Below are positions 11,600 to 24,290 of a DNA stretch of 64,000 bases, piece after piece; the first letter of the stretch is position 1, and every line of letters begins with the position of its first letter. A program made the position numbers and the translations under genes. The stretch is from Felis catus (taxonomy: Eukaryota), in contig NC_058368.1 of NCBI RefSeq assembly GCF_018350175.1, positions 179,864,001-179,928,000 of the forward strand. Reading direction: 5' to 3'. The notes beneath the pieces were generated by a model that searched no databases, was not told where the DNA came from, and was given only the letters and a program-made list of their open reading frames with translations.

Positions 11600-11860
11600 T
11601 CTCTCGTTTTCCCTTTCTTACTTTCCCTTATCTATTCTTTCTTCTTCGTAATCTTTTTGTTTTCCTTTTGGTCTCATTTTTGTTCTACTCTTCCATTCTC
11701 TCCTGTTTTGGGGAGTTCCTCTTCCTCCTCCCCCTCCTTCCTCCCCTCTCTTCTCTTCCTCTTCTTCCCCACCCTCTTCTTCCCCACCCTCTTCTTCCCA
11801 TCCTTCTTTCTACTCTCCTTTCTCTCCTTCTTCTTCCTTTTCTTGGCCTTTCTCCTGCTC
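11600..11860. repeat. Pyrimidine-rich low-complexity tract with a 15-bp tandem unit
   Basis: CT-rich; CTTCTTCCCCACCCT at 11761-11775 and 11776-11790, partial copy to 11799. Confidence 0.9.
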
Positions 11861-13494
11861 CCCACATAGTTCACCCTCAGACCCCCGAGACTACAGGGGA
11901 AATGTTTGCAAGGACTTCTGGGCTGAGGGAGCCAGGGGGGCATGCAGCCACTTGGGGGAAGTAATGCCAGATGTGTTGTCGGTGCTAACAATCAGCCTGA
12001 AATGTAAACATGGGCCGAGCTCCAGTAATAAAGCCCTTACAGCTGGAGGGTTGGCAATGCCAGAAGGAAGGAGAAGTGAGGCCTTGCTTCTTAACCAGAG
12101 ATGGATCAAAATCTGGTCTTTGCATATATTTATGCCTCCACCATCCCTTTTTGCTTTTGCAGAAAGGTGATCCATCTTCCCCCAAGTTTATTAGAGGCGG
12201 TTTTCTAACACCGCTTATAAAATATTACAGGCAGCCCCATGATTCATGGCCTCATTTATAACCCAGAGCACTTGGGAAATTTGGGGGAATATTTCTCATT
12301 AAATCTATTTCCCAACTCTTTGGCACTGCCTCCACCTCCCCGAGAAACACCAGGAAATTCAAGACCAGTTTGAGCAGAGTGGCAAGGTGGATCTCCTGGT
12401 GCTGAACCCGGAAGGCTGAGTTGCAGGTGATACACTGCGATCTTCCAACTGGGCTTCTCAGGGCTGTGTGGTGTATTTCACACATCCATAGAAGCCTCGT
12501 GCACCTAAGCACTTCTTCGTGGGCCTGTTTACTCGTGCCTCTGCGTCTTTCTTTAGCAGAGGTGTCTCTCCATGAGATGGTTTTGTAAGAGTAGAGAGAA
12601 GGAGTGACCTGTCAGGCCAGGGGTCATGCTATTGGTCAGTAGGAACCCTTATTATAAAGAGGGTTCCCTTCTATAAGGAGTAAACTGTACCTCATGTCTT
12701 GGGCTTTGCTATCAAATGGTGCAGCTCCTTACAATCGCTTTTTTTTATTTTTTTTTTCTTAATAGTAAGCGTTGTTTTACTTAGTAGTGATACTTTTCTT
12801 AATAGTAAGCGTTGTTTATAGCTGGTAATCAATTTCTTTAACCAGTGTCAGCTTAAGTCACTCTACCTTAAACACTAGACCAGGTATCTGTAAGGCTTTC
12901 GTGAGAACTTTTACACATTGACCATTATTTTTTTTAAAATTTTTAATAATTTTTGTTTTAAAATGATATTATCTTGCTGAAACTTGGCAGTGAGGAAACC
13001 CAGAGCTCCTCTCTCTCACACCAGTAGCTGTCCCTATCTAATCTTCTGTCCTGGGGCCGATTTTTTTCTTGGTGATGGCCATCTCTTGCGATAAGGGATA
13101 GAACCAAACTTTTACAATATTTTCCCTTCCTGCCACCCATGGTTTAGATATGCCAGTCTAAACCTATAGGATACAGCATAACTCCATGAAATTAGGAAAA
13201 AGATAAGCAAGCTTGGTGGGTTTTATATTTGTATATTGGGTTGCAAAGGGCAATAGTCACCTTATGGAAATCAACTCTGTGTTGAACAGCCAGAGGCAGA
13301 TAAATCATCCAAATATTGGGCAATTTCACCTGCCATTCTGGTCAATGTATGCCCAGGGAGACCGTGAGATAGAAAACATGGATCTGTTTCTTACTGTCAT
13401 CCCCCACCTCCTTGTGTAGTAGTGTTTTCAGACCTGATTTTTGTAAAACAGGTCCTTTATCATGTTCTGTAACTAAAAGTGACAAAGTATGGCC

Positions 13495-13690
13495 TGGGAA
13501 ATTGGCTAGAGGGCCAAGTTTGACCCACTGCCTGTTTTTGTAAATAAAGTTTTATTGGAACACAGCCATGCTCATTTATTTATCTTTGGCTGCTTTTTTG
13601 CTACAAAAGCAGAACTATTGCATAGTTGTGACAGACACTATGTGACCAACAAAGCCTAAGATATTACCCTTCTGGCTCTTCAAGGAGTTC
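13495..13690 (-). mobile_element. MER58A-like hAT-Charlie element
   Basis: CTGCCTGTTTTTGTAAATAAAGTTTTATTGGAACACAGCCATGCTCATT...AAAGCCTAAGATATTAC is the reverse of the MER58A consensus. Confidence 0.88.
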
Positions 13691-14307
13691 TGAACAATTA
13701 CATATTACTGTACTGAGCTAGATACTCAGAGTCATCCAATGTTGTGTTTCATGGGTGATTTAAGGGCTTTTTAAGGGCAATTTTAACTAGCTGTGACTTT
13801 GTCTTACACTGACTTCTGTTTGCCATTCCAGCAAAGATCCCCCTCTACTATGGGCATTCTGCTGTTGTTGTTGTTGTTGTTTTTTTTTTTAACCCAATTC
13901 AGCCAGCCATTTTTGGCTTCATGTGTGTATAGCCATGGCACTTACTTTTGGAGGGTTCTGAAAGGAAACCTTCTCTGGAGGATGGGCTGGCTGTAACAAG
14001 AACATCCCTGTGATGTGTTTTAGGGACTGGGGTTTCACAGTCCCCCATGTGTGGGGGACATTCTACAGATATGAGCCTCCAATCATGACCTGATGCTTTC
14101 CCTCTGTGGCATTTCTCTTAAAGTGTTTGCATATGCCGAATGATCGTCATTAACTGCCTGGATTTTCTGTGGCCTATGCTCTGGGGACACATTGGGAGGG
14201 AAGCTTAGCTTACCCAAACCCAGTCAGGTTTATTGAGAGTTAGAAGCAAGGCTGCAGAGCCTTGGAACTTCTGCCAGTGAAGAGAATATCACAGGTCAGC
14301 TTCCTGT

Positions 14308-14480
14308 CCAGGGGCTTCCAGTCCCAGGCATCAGAATCTCCAAAAATGCTTTTGAAAAATACAGATGCTTAGGTGTTACCCCAGGAAGTGCTGATCTTGG
14401 AGATGTGGGGTGGGGATAGTTATTTGTGTTTACAAATTCTACCAAGGAGTCTGAAGAACAGCCAGGTGTGGGAGCTGCTA
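14308..14480. mobile_element. MER5A-like fossil
   Basis: GCATCAGAATCTCC...TGCTTTTGAAAAATACAGATGCTTAGG...CAGCCAGGTGTGGGAGCTGCT. Confidence 0.6.
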
Positions 14481-16829
14481 ATCTGGTCCACATGCCTCCT
14501 TTGAGAGCTCAGGAAGTGGGCCCAAATATGTCCCAGCAGGTGACCAGCCAAGACCAAATCCTGGGGGTCTTGAGTCCCTACCAGTGGTTTCCCAACCAAT
14601 GTCAGCAGAGCTTGGGGTTTTCACAAAACACCTTTGAGGCTACCCTGGGGTAAGAATGACAACCAGCGGGGAGTCCAAAGAAGAGGGCTCTAATTTGTCC
14701 ATGTTCAACCAGACTCCCTTCACTCACATGTTTTATATATTAGGCTCACATTAGATTTTGTTTCTAGAGCAAGAACAGGCAGGAAAAAAGTATCTGCTAA
14801 TGGGGCCCCAAAAAAGGAAAGTGGCAGCCCTGCATCTTGTAGCAAATCAATCTACCTTTAATACTAGAGTTTCCTTTTTTGAAAAATCTCAAGGGACACT
14901 TTACTACCTAAACCTGAAAAGTGTCACCAATTCTCAAGATCATTTCTCTCAGAAGTGCAGAGAAAACTGCTTTCTGTTCTCCACAGATCCCAGATCTGAA
15001 CTTGATTTGTACCTAAATCCCACCTACTCCAAACTGAGCCCCTTCCTACTCTCTCTCTCCTCTAGACCCAGAAGACAGCTCACCTCAGCATCGTGACTGC
15101 AAGTCAGATAGTGTTTGAGCACCTTCTACATGCCAGACAGTGTGTAAGGCTCTGGCCCAGGCAGGCTTCCTGCTCGGGAGCACCATCTAGGCTAGGGAGA
15201 GGACGAAAGGAGGAATGTGTCCCTCCACACCCTTCCCCGGGCAGCAGTTTCCTCTCCTCTCCTACTTTTCCTTCAAGATGATGCAAACTACCTTTCAGGC
15301 CCCTTCCCTATTGCTCAGGCCTTGGGTCCTCACCCTGCCTCAGGCCCTGGCTACGGGGCACGTGCTTCAAGAAGGATTTCACGAAACTCAACAAACTATG
15401 CAGAGAAACTGGCCCCCGATGGCTATGCTGGCAGCCCTGGAGTTGTACTACCTGGACAGGCAGTGTCCCTGCTCCTTCCCTGGGCAGGGATGCAGGGTGT
15501 AGACGATCAGGGCATCCCAGTCTGGTTTTCCTTTTATACCACCTCTTTGGGCTTCAGTCTTATACAGCATCTCTGCCCTGCCACCTCCTGGCCAAAATAA
15601 GGAGCGAGCAGTGGCCCAAGGGAGCAAAGTCCTGCGGCCCAGGTTGCAGGCAGCAGCTGCTCCCGCAGCTCCTGAGGGATCCAGGGAACATCCAGGAGCA
15701 CAGTCTGCAGAGATGACACCTACAGGCCATGGACAGGTGATGGGATGACACCAGCCCAAACGCTCCCCCAGAAAATGGTCCCGGCAGAGGCAGGGGTCTG
15801 TTTTCTCTCTCATTGCCTTTCTTTCAGCCTTTCAGCTTGTCTTCCCCCTGGTGTCTGTTTAGATGTTTAAATGCTTGCATATTTCTGTGTATGTATGCGT
15901 GTGTGTTCAGGTCTAATTCTCTGTGTGGTATATGTTCCTTGCTTCCATAGACAACCTTTATACTCTTTATAGTACAGCTCAAAACAAGGGGAACAGCCCG
16001 ATGAATATGAATAAGACAGTAGTGAGGGACATAATAGTAATAATAGGACACCCAGCCCACTTGCCATTTGCTTGTGAAACTTTTCTCTTTGAGGGAAGGA
16101 CTGAGCTCATGTTTAGTTCTAGAAACAGCTGCTGTATCATCAGGTGGTGCTGACAAGATTTCACGAATAGAGATGTGTTTAGGGAATGGGAATGGGGAAA
16201 CCTTTCTATTCAGTTAGGTCAGATGAGAGCCACCTTCCCTAAATGCTGGTCACTGAGCCAAAGGCTGGAGGAGTGTGGGGGTGAGGACCAGGCCAGGGGG
16301 AAGCCATGCAGCCTGTGTAGAAGGACCCCCAGCAAGCTGCAAGGGGGTAGGGTTGCTGACTGACAAGCCCCAGATGCCCAGCCCCTGATGATTCAGGGTC
16401 TTGTGTGTCTGCAAGTCAGCCTGAAACCTGCAGAGATGCTGGAGCCTGGCAGTCCCTGCCATCACCCAGCCTCTCCCCTGGATGTCACTGTTGTGCTATG
16501 TAAGCAATGCTGGGGAGCACTTTATGGGACCATGGAAAACCCTCCAGGGCAGTGCTGACCCTTAGGGTTGGAGAAGACCCAGTAGGAAAGGGCAGGGCCA
16601 GGCCTATTTGCAGGCTTTTGGGAGAGTGGGGTTCAGTGTCCCCCAACTGGATGGTGCTGCCCGTGATAGCAGCTGTGGGCGACACCAATCGCGGGTCCTG
16701 AGGCAGGACAGAATGTTCAGTACAGAGAGGCTTTGATGGCTAAGAGAACTGGGCAGCTGAGCCCCACCCCCACCAAGGCTCTCGGGCCTGTCCGTGGTCA
16801 CCGAGTCAGAAGCAGCGAGAGAGGTTTCC

Positions 16830-17035
16830 AAGCCAGCGTGGTTGGTTAAGAACACGGACATGAGTCCAAATCCCAGCGTCACTGTCAACAGGCCAGAGAC
16901 TTTGGGGAAATTGTCTCACATCTCAGAGCCTCTGTTTCCTCACCTGCATTAAATGGAACTCCCTCATAGCATCATTGTAAGAAGTAAATGGGCATAACGC
17001 ACGCAAAACTTCTACATAGAGGACAGCTGTTATAG
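16830..17035 (+). mobile_element. MIR SINE
   Basis: GGTTAAGAACACGGAC...AAATCCCAGC...TCTCAGAGCCTCTGTTTCCTCACCTG. Confidence 0.8.
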
Positions 17036-19094
17036 CAAGGGATTTAGAAAGAGTACACCAAGACCTTCCAACCCTTAGCCTGGGAGGACAGTTTTGTGTC
17101 TGCTCCAATCATGAAAATCAGCACTAGCTCAGAGATTAGAACAAATCAGGAGATTTGGCCCAGGCCTAATAGACCGAGTACCCTCTTTTTTCTTGGTTTT
17201 GAGTTTCCCTAAAAACCTAGCTGCCTCTTCACAGAGCCACATATGCATGTGTTTTGATCTACGTGTTGAGAGAAAGCACAGGAGTTTACCCCTAAAGCAG
17301 TCAAAGGACTTTTTTTCTGTATCGCTGCTGACATGTTTGGAATAACTGAAAGCAGACTCAGGACATACTAAAAGCAAAGCATGTGCAGAGAGTTCCAGGC
17401 AGGGTCTCCCATGGTGATGAGCAAGAAGAGCATAGACCCTCTGAGGTGCAGCCAGGCCAGAATGTGTCAGCCTCTCCCCAGTCCTAATAGTGCAATCCTA
17501 TCAAGAAACCCATGATGATCTGACGATTTTCTTCCCTGGAATGAGATTTCATGCTGTAAAGTACTGAAACAACTCTCTGATGAGAATCAGTGTGGTGTGG
17601 CTTTGGGTGGCATAGGCTGGTTTTACTACCAAGGTCTCGCTCTGTTTATGGAAGTTGCCAGTTTCACCAGGGTCCCATTCACTTTGCCCAAGTTAAGCAG
17701 CATTCCTAGGATCAGAGCTGGAGAGAGGTTCACCCGTGGAGGGCCATTTCTTTCCTCCTTCACCCTCCTTTCCTCCAGTAGCATAGAGTTGTCCCAGTTG
17801 GGGTTCTGACACTCCTGCTTCACCAGCATCTTCCTCTAAGTGTTGAAATGGGTCAGTTAAGTGAGACCACCACTCTCAGTTCAAGGTAACTGAAGGATAC
17901 AAGTGAGAGACCCATGTGATATTGAAGAACCATCATTTTCCCATACAAAATAGCTTGGGGAATGGCCAGTCCAGATTTGCTAACGACTTCTACCCATAGA
18001 CAAAGAAAAACTAGGAGATGGAAGGTGCCCTTTTGTTTTATTGTGCATTTGAATTCTCTGTGTTTAGGGAGCCCTTTTGACGTCCTCGTTTCACAATCAC
18101 TGACTCAACCTGAACTTCCTCTTTCAGAGTATTTTGAGCCCAGTGCCCCCAAAGAAGCTTTGCATCTTGGTGTCTGAAGGGTAACGGAGAGAGCAGAGGC
18201 AAGCATGGCATGCTTTGGTGGGGGGAAGGTAAATTGGAAAAAGAGGAGGGAAACCATGCCTGAGCAGCTACAAAATTGTTCAAAACCATTTGCTCAACTC
18301 GGTTAATTGTTCTTCCCCATGGTGCAGAGACACCTACGCCTTGCGAAGTCTGTGTTTCTGTATTACAAGAAGCAGCCTATTAAAGAGAGACAGATAGTCT
18401 ACCAGGAGCAGCTGACTCTCCACCCCTGCCCCTCTCGGCTTTCCGTCTCTCCCACTTCTCTCTTGCTAACACCCTTGCCTCCCAACACAGAGCTCATGCG
18501 ACTCTCTCCCCCTTGGCATCCGCTTTATCACTGGGAAGAGTTGTCAGTGATGGGGGGGGGGGGGCGACTCAAACCAGCTCTGCTTGCAGAGTAGGAATAA
18601 TTACAAAATCTCAGGCCGTTATCCAATTACTTTGACATGTGGCCATTCTAGGGAGTTCTAACTGGATTAAGTTCATTATAAAAAGATTAGTCCTAGGATG
18701 GGGACTGTGCATAACAAAGTGAACCTTCAGAATGTGTGCTGCTGAGCCACCAAGGACTTTGGGGGTAAAACCAAGTGAATGGCTTTGTTTATTGAATTAC
18801 TGTTTAGGGATTTGCCAAGGAGTTTTGTTCAGATAGAGTTTGTGGCTTAAAGCAACGGTCAGCAGTTTTCTGTTTGTTTTCCTTTTTTCAACAGCATTCT
18901 TCAATACCATTAGAGTTATTGTCAAAGCACTAATCCAAGATGTTTGTCCCCAATGTTTTATATGAGCATGGAGGTGAGATTATTGAGCTAAATGGGTCTG
19001 AGCCACACAGAGCTTATATATTATTCATAAACTATGTGTATATGGGCACATGGAGAGAATGTGCCTATATGATACCTTACATTTGCATAATGCT

Positions 19095-19280
19095 TCAAAG
19101 TGGTGCAGAGCACTTGCACGTTTCTCATTTGACCCACACAGCAGTACTTTTGGATAAATAGGCATTATTATAATGATTTTACGTATAATGAAACTGAGAC
19201 TCTGAGAGGTTAATCTTTGGTCATCCAGCTCGATAGTCCAAGGACTGAGATTACAACTCAGATCTGCTGTTCCTAGCCTA
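19095..19280 (-). mobile_element. MIR SINE
   Basis: TCTCATTTGACCC...GAAACTGAGACTCTGAGAGGTTAA...GGACTGAGATTACAACTCAGATCTG. Confidence 0.75.
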
Positions 19281-19323
19281 GCATTGCACAAACACATGGG
19301 AACTCAGTTTATATATCTATTTT

Positions 19324-19529
19324 TTTTCTAATGTTTCTTTTATTTTTGAGAGAGAGAGAGAATGTGAGCAAGGGAGGAGCAGAGAGAGAGGGAGACACAG
19401 AATCTGAAGCAGGCTCCAGGCTCCTAGCTGTCAGCACAGAGCCCGATGCGGGGCTCAAACTCATGAACCATGAGATCATGGCCTGAGCCAAAGTCAGGCG
19501 CTTAATCAACTGAGCCACCCAGGTGCCCC
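19324..19529 (-). mobile_element. CanSINE (SINEC_Fc type)
   Basis: Full body ending TGAGCCACCCAGGTGCCCC. TSD TATATCTATTTT at 19312-19323 and 19532-19543. Confidence 0.96.
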
Positions 19530-20604
19530 TTTATATCTATTTTAAACACATAGTATGTGTTCAGCTAATGGCAATGGAATATTTGGATTAGCCAAGTTGA
19601 TTGAGACCAGTTTTCTTCCTCTGTTTCCCATGAGAATTACAGCAGCTATCAGTTTCGAACAGCTCAATGTAATTGCTTAAAAACTTTCTTCTCTTTCTTC
19701 TGAGCTCAAGAAAATTTTGTATGCAGAAAACATCGTGGAACTATTCTTTGGGGGTCACCCCAAACCCTTCTTCTGATACATTCCCTAAAGTCTGTCTTCC
19801 TTTAGGGCAATTAATCATCACTTCATCTTCCTAGAATAAATGCCCAAGCCCTTACTGAAGATCCTGAGTTTTGACACATAGATGTTAAGGTCAGTGGAAA
19901 GATACAAATTACCAATCTCTTATAATTTCACTTAGCATGACTTAGTTGTTGAGGGTTCCATACCCTTCTGGATGAACTGGTGAGATTTAAAACTCTAGGT
20001 AGGTCAATAGGAGACCCCCAACAAATGTGGATCAGCAGTGCTCTGCTTCCTCCTCCTAGGCCCACTGTGGATGCTTCCAATGGATTATCACACACTTCTC
20101 TACTTAGCCTGGACTTGCGCTTACAACACATCTCAGAAGTCACGAGTTGGCTAGCAAGATGGCATCTATTTACCACCTCAATCCTAGACTTTGGTGACCC
20201 CAGAGAACTCCAGAGGCCTTGAGAGGCTCCATCAGACCAGCCCATCAGCCTCTTTATGTCTGATATCATCTTTATGGCCTCGTTTCATGATAAGCAATTG
20301 GAGATACCCAGGGAAGGTTAAAGAGAATGTAAATGATCAAAAGCCTTTAGATTTAGGTAGTAAATATATTCAGAGTACAATTACAGTAAAAATTAGTGCA
20401 GAAGTTAGTGTGCCAGAAAAGAAAGTTTGTGCATAAAGCAGAAATCTAGATTGCTGCAGACCAGTAATTCTATATATTCCCTCTCCCCAAAAGGAAATAC
20501 ACATGAAAACAATATGTTGTACAAATTTTTACTCCCTAAGCACAGCTAGCTTATAGATCAAGGTTAAATAACAAGCAAATAAGCAAAACCAATATAGACT
20601 GTTG

Positions 20605-21000
20605 AAGTACATAGTCAGGATTCTCATTTGCAAATAATACAACCCAAGTTCAATATGATACAAAAAAAAAAAAAAAGGAAAGTTATTGGCTCATAAAACT
20701 CAAGATTTAAGGGCTTCAGACACGGCTGGACCTAGTGGTTCAATAACATCATTGGGACTTTTTCTGTGGTAGCTCCCAGCATTTCCACACTTACCCCTTC
20801 AGCATGGAGTTTGGCAGAAAAAGAAGCGTTTTGATTTTTTGTCCTGCCCACCCCCCCCCCCCCATAGTTCCTGTAAAAGTTCTGGAACTTATTCTGATTG
20901 GATCTGGTTTGGTCATGTGACCACCTCTGAGCCAATCACTGCTGCCAGGGGATGTACTATTTGCATTGGCCCGGCCTGAGTCATGTGGTGCCTCTGGAGA
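20605..21000 (-). mobile_element. Old MaLR LTR (MLT1J/K/L-like)
   Basis: AGTCAGGATTCTCATTTGCAA...TTATTGGCTCATAAAACT...GCTTCAGACACGGCTGGA...TCTGATTGG...GGTCATGTGACCACCTCTGAGCCAATCACTG. Confidence 0.8.
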
Positions 21001-21539
21001 CTAGCCCTACTCACTCCTCCACCCCTAGCACATGCACACCAACTACTTACACTGAAAATGTTAGAGATACGGTGACTAGAGGGAAAGCTCAGTTCATTGC
21101 TTGCTGTGTACCAGGTCCAGTGCTAGATGCCAAAAGAAAACTTTACCAATAGGCCCGAAGCTTAGCAGCTTGCAAGCTCTTTTCCTACAGATAATCTTAT
21201 CTGACCCTGACAAACACAAGATATTTTTATTCTTACCTTTGTACACATGAGGAAAGTTATGTTCAGGGGGGTTCGGTAACCCACTCCAGTAGACCCGGCA
21301 CTTGACCTTCCAATTTATCCAATTCCAAATTCTGTTGCATTTCTATAATCCCTGTTTCTGGATAGGTGACAGTAGGAACGTGAACATTTGAAATTTCTCA
21401 CTCATTTACCTGAAAGAGGCAAATCAGAGACAGGATTTCAGTTTCTCCACTTAGGAACAAGCCTTGAGCCCCAAATCAACAGGAGAACTGCATTCTCCAC
21501 TGTTCGTCAGCACTTAGGTACAATATTGAAACAATATCA

Positions 21540-21730
21540 GCTGTTGTTTATTGAGCACTTACTATGTGCCTGGTACTATGTAAGCACTCAACAAAGAATA
21601 TCCAATTTAATGGTAAAAAACAGCCCAGTGGACTAGCACTTCTTATTCCTATTAGACAGCTGAGAAAAGCAAGTCTCAGAAGGATGAAATGACCTAACCT
21701 AGGTAGTGTGTGGAGCCAGAGTTTGAATTC
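21540..21730 (-). mobile_element. MIR SINE
   Basis: TTTATTGAGCACTTACTATGTGCCTGGTACTATGTAAGCACT...GGAGCCAGAGTTTGAATTC. Confidence 0.8.
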
Positions 21731-23024
21731 TCCTCCCTGTTCTTCCTACCAAGAAATGAATGAGCCCATGTCTTTGCTTTCAGTCACTAACTGGTTAGAA
21801 TTCGTTAGAAAATTGGGTAGAGATGGGAGATGAGAAAGGCATCAATCCTAAACTTGGGTGGGGGGGGGGGGAGTGCGTAGGAAAAAAATGGAAGAAAATC
21901 AGATTGTAGATGAATTCCTGATGATTCAAAAGGCCTCAAACCAAAATAATGAGAAATAAGCAAACTACAGGCCAAAACAAGAAGATCATTTTTCAAGGAT
22001 TTCTAAAAGTTGAAACTGACTAGGTTTTAATTGTTCAAGCCCTGTGGGCCTGTTTGCTTTCCGTAGGAAAGTCTTGTGTTTCGCTTGCTCCTGTAACTCA
22101 CTCAGGAACGACAATAGTCCCTGGGGGATCCTGAGTGGTTCCATCTGGAGATAAGGGCAAACCAGCCAGAGCTTCACCAAAGCAGTGTACACGCTCCTCT
22201 TCACAAGCCCATCCTTTGCCATGTCTGTTTGCTGCAAAACCCGTATTTCCACATCATTTATACTTCTCAGGGTGCATGTCTCATGACAACACTGGCAGCT
22301 TTCAATTTATTAGGCTTATTAGCAAATAAAACTGTCCTGAAAAGCCCAGATTTGATATCTGGAAGATTCATTTCAGGATTGATTTAATGCAACCTGCCTC
22401 GTAGTTTATTTCACATCTCCAGATTGGAACTAAATCACCCTCGTCTTGTTGATACCCTTAATATGATGGTGTTTGCAAAATAGACCAGGCTGTAAAAGAA
22501 TCCGAAGACTCCACTTCTCTTCTTTTTTTTTTTTTAAACAGAGATGATAAAAATACTTTATATGTCTAAGAGATTCTGAGGTTTTTCTTTTTTTTCCTCC
22601 TTCTTTGCTATCAGTGATGGTGTTTGAATATAAAGAGTGGTAAATATATTCACGGATGTGGTCCTCCTTAACTGTTGATTTACAACAGTGGGAAATCACC
22701 TACTTTATCTGGAATCACCACTCTGCATGAAGGACCAGTGACACTGGCATTCAATATGAGTGAACCTATAGAAGCACCATCCAGAAACATTCCATCATTT
22801 AAGTCTCCTTGTTCTTAAGCCCTGGGCAACAGCATACTTCTTCAAGATGAAGACTTGAACAGAACAAACCTGTTATTACCAACCCAGCCAATGGCACTTA
22901 CCAAGGGCTATTACCCTCTGTTAGCGTTTATCACCCGCATCTCATTTGACACTTATCATTTATTGCCTGACAGTTTTATTTAGCTTTTATCCTCCCCTAC
23001 TGTATTCCCATCTGCTGAGGACGT

Positions 23025-23232
23025 AGGCCCCAGAGTTAGTCCAATCCAGTATATATTCCATCTCTGCTACTTCATACCTGGGTAACCATGGCTATTTTAG
23101 CCCTGAATCTCAGTTTGCTCATTTGTAAAAAAGGGATAATGGGATTAAATTAAGTAATGTATGAAACATCTCTAAAAGAGTGCCAAGCACGTGGAAAGTG
23201 CTTAATAAATGGTAGCTGTTATTATGATGATT
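23025..23232 (+). mobile_element. MIR SINE
   Basis: CTGAATCTCAGTTTGCTCATTTGTAAAA...GTGCTTAATAAATGGTAGCTGTTATTAT. Confidence 0.85.
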
Positions 23233-24086
23233 AATATAGGAGCAATAATACTAATAGCATTAAAACATGGTCTTAAATGTTACTTTCCGTTTCGTATACC
23301 AGAGTGCCTTACATAAAAGTAGATAATGTGCTTCTGTAAAACGTCCTGATTATAGAACACTTATGGAAAAAAGATCCATTTCACTAAATTTTATTTATAT
23401 AGATGTAGATACAGATATACAGATATATAAAATCTCCTTAAGTGAAAGAGAGTGGAGATGCTGGCAGCTTACTTTACAAGAGAACACTTGAAACTGTCCA
23501 GTGTGCTTTGAATGTTGGGGGTTTTTTGTCCACATAAGTCTCCCTCTATCTTGTCTGCTTTTGTAAATTGTTTAGCCAAGCCTTCCTTCATAGAACATAC
23601 ATGAATCATCTCAAGCCTTTCTTAATTAGCACAATTTCCAAATTTCTGAAGTATGAGAATCCACGAGTTTTAGTGTATTCCTAGGATATATTATACTCAG
23701 TAGACCACAGTTCTAACTGAAATTGCTGAGCCAGGTACACATTTGTGCTCTTGTCTGTTACCTGTTTTAACATAGTAAATCAGAGGCCATGTGACAGTGG
23801 TCTCCCATGTGCCCAAGCACAGCAGTAACACCTGAAGACCCCCACTCATCAATCCCAGCCTTCACCGGCAACAGCTCTGGACTCTTTTAGGCCCAGGTGC
23901 CTCCATCTGGCTTGCTGCTGCTTTGCCTGCCTTGAGTTCTCCTTTATTCTGTATTTCTGGTTCTTTGCGTGCCTGCCCCTCAGTGTTCATTCCTGTGTCA
24001 TCTACAGGGTTTCATTTACCCAGCGAGGACCTTTTTCATGTCCTTGTCCTGCAGTTGATCTAGAAGTGTGTCTTGTCTTCCAGTTT

Positions 24087-24290
24087 AGTTTGTTTTCTTT
24101 TAACTGTTTATTTATTTATTGAGAGAGAGTGCGCGTGCCCACACACAAGTGGGGGAGGAGCAGAGAGAGAGGGAGAGAGAGAGAGAATCCCAAGGAGGCA
24201 CACAGGGCTCAATCTCAGGAACTGTGAGATCATGACCTGAGCCTAAATCAAGAGTCAGATGCTTAACCAACTGAGCCACCAAGGTGCCCC
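24087..24290 (-). mobile_element. Older CanSINE with an internal deletion
   Basis: GTGAGATCATGACCTGAGCCTAAATCAAGAGTCAGATGCTTAACCAACTGAGCCACCAAGGTGCCCC; degenerate TSD core GTCTTCCA on both sides. Confidence 0.92.

Noticed and set aside
11587..11991. Leu/Phe-rich (+) and Lys/Arg/Glu-rich (-) ORFs resembling membrane or NLS-bearing proteins
   Set aside because: They are translations of the pyrimidine/purine low-complexity tract, with no domain or splice support.
14581..14770. Possible additional hAT-Charlie fragment starting CAGTGGTTTCCCAACC
   Set aside because: Only one TIR-like end is recognisable and the family could not be assigned; a Dfam search is needed.
19309..19518. Recurrent ORF family (MAQ...AQVMIS...SSPASGSVLTA) at several positions
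   Set aside because: It is the shared reading frame of CanSINE copies, not a gene family.
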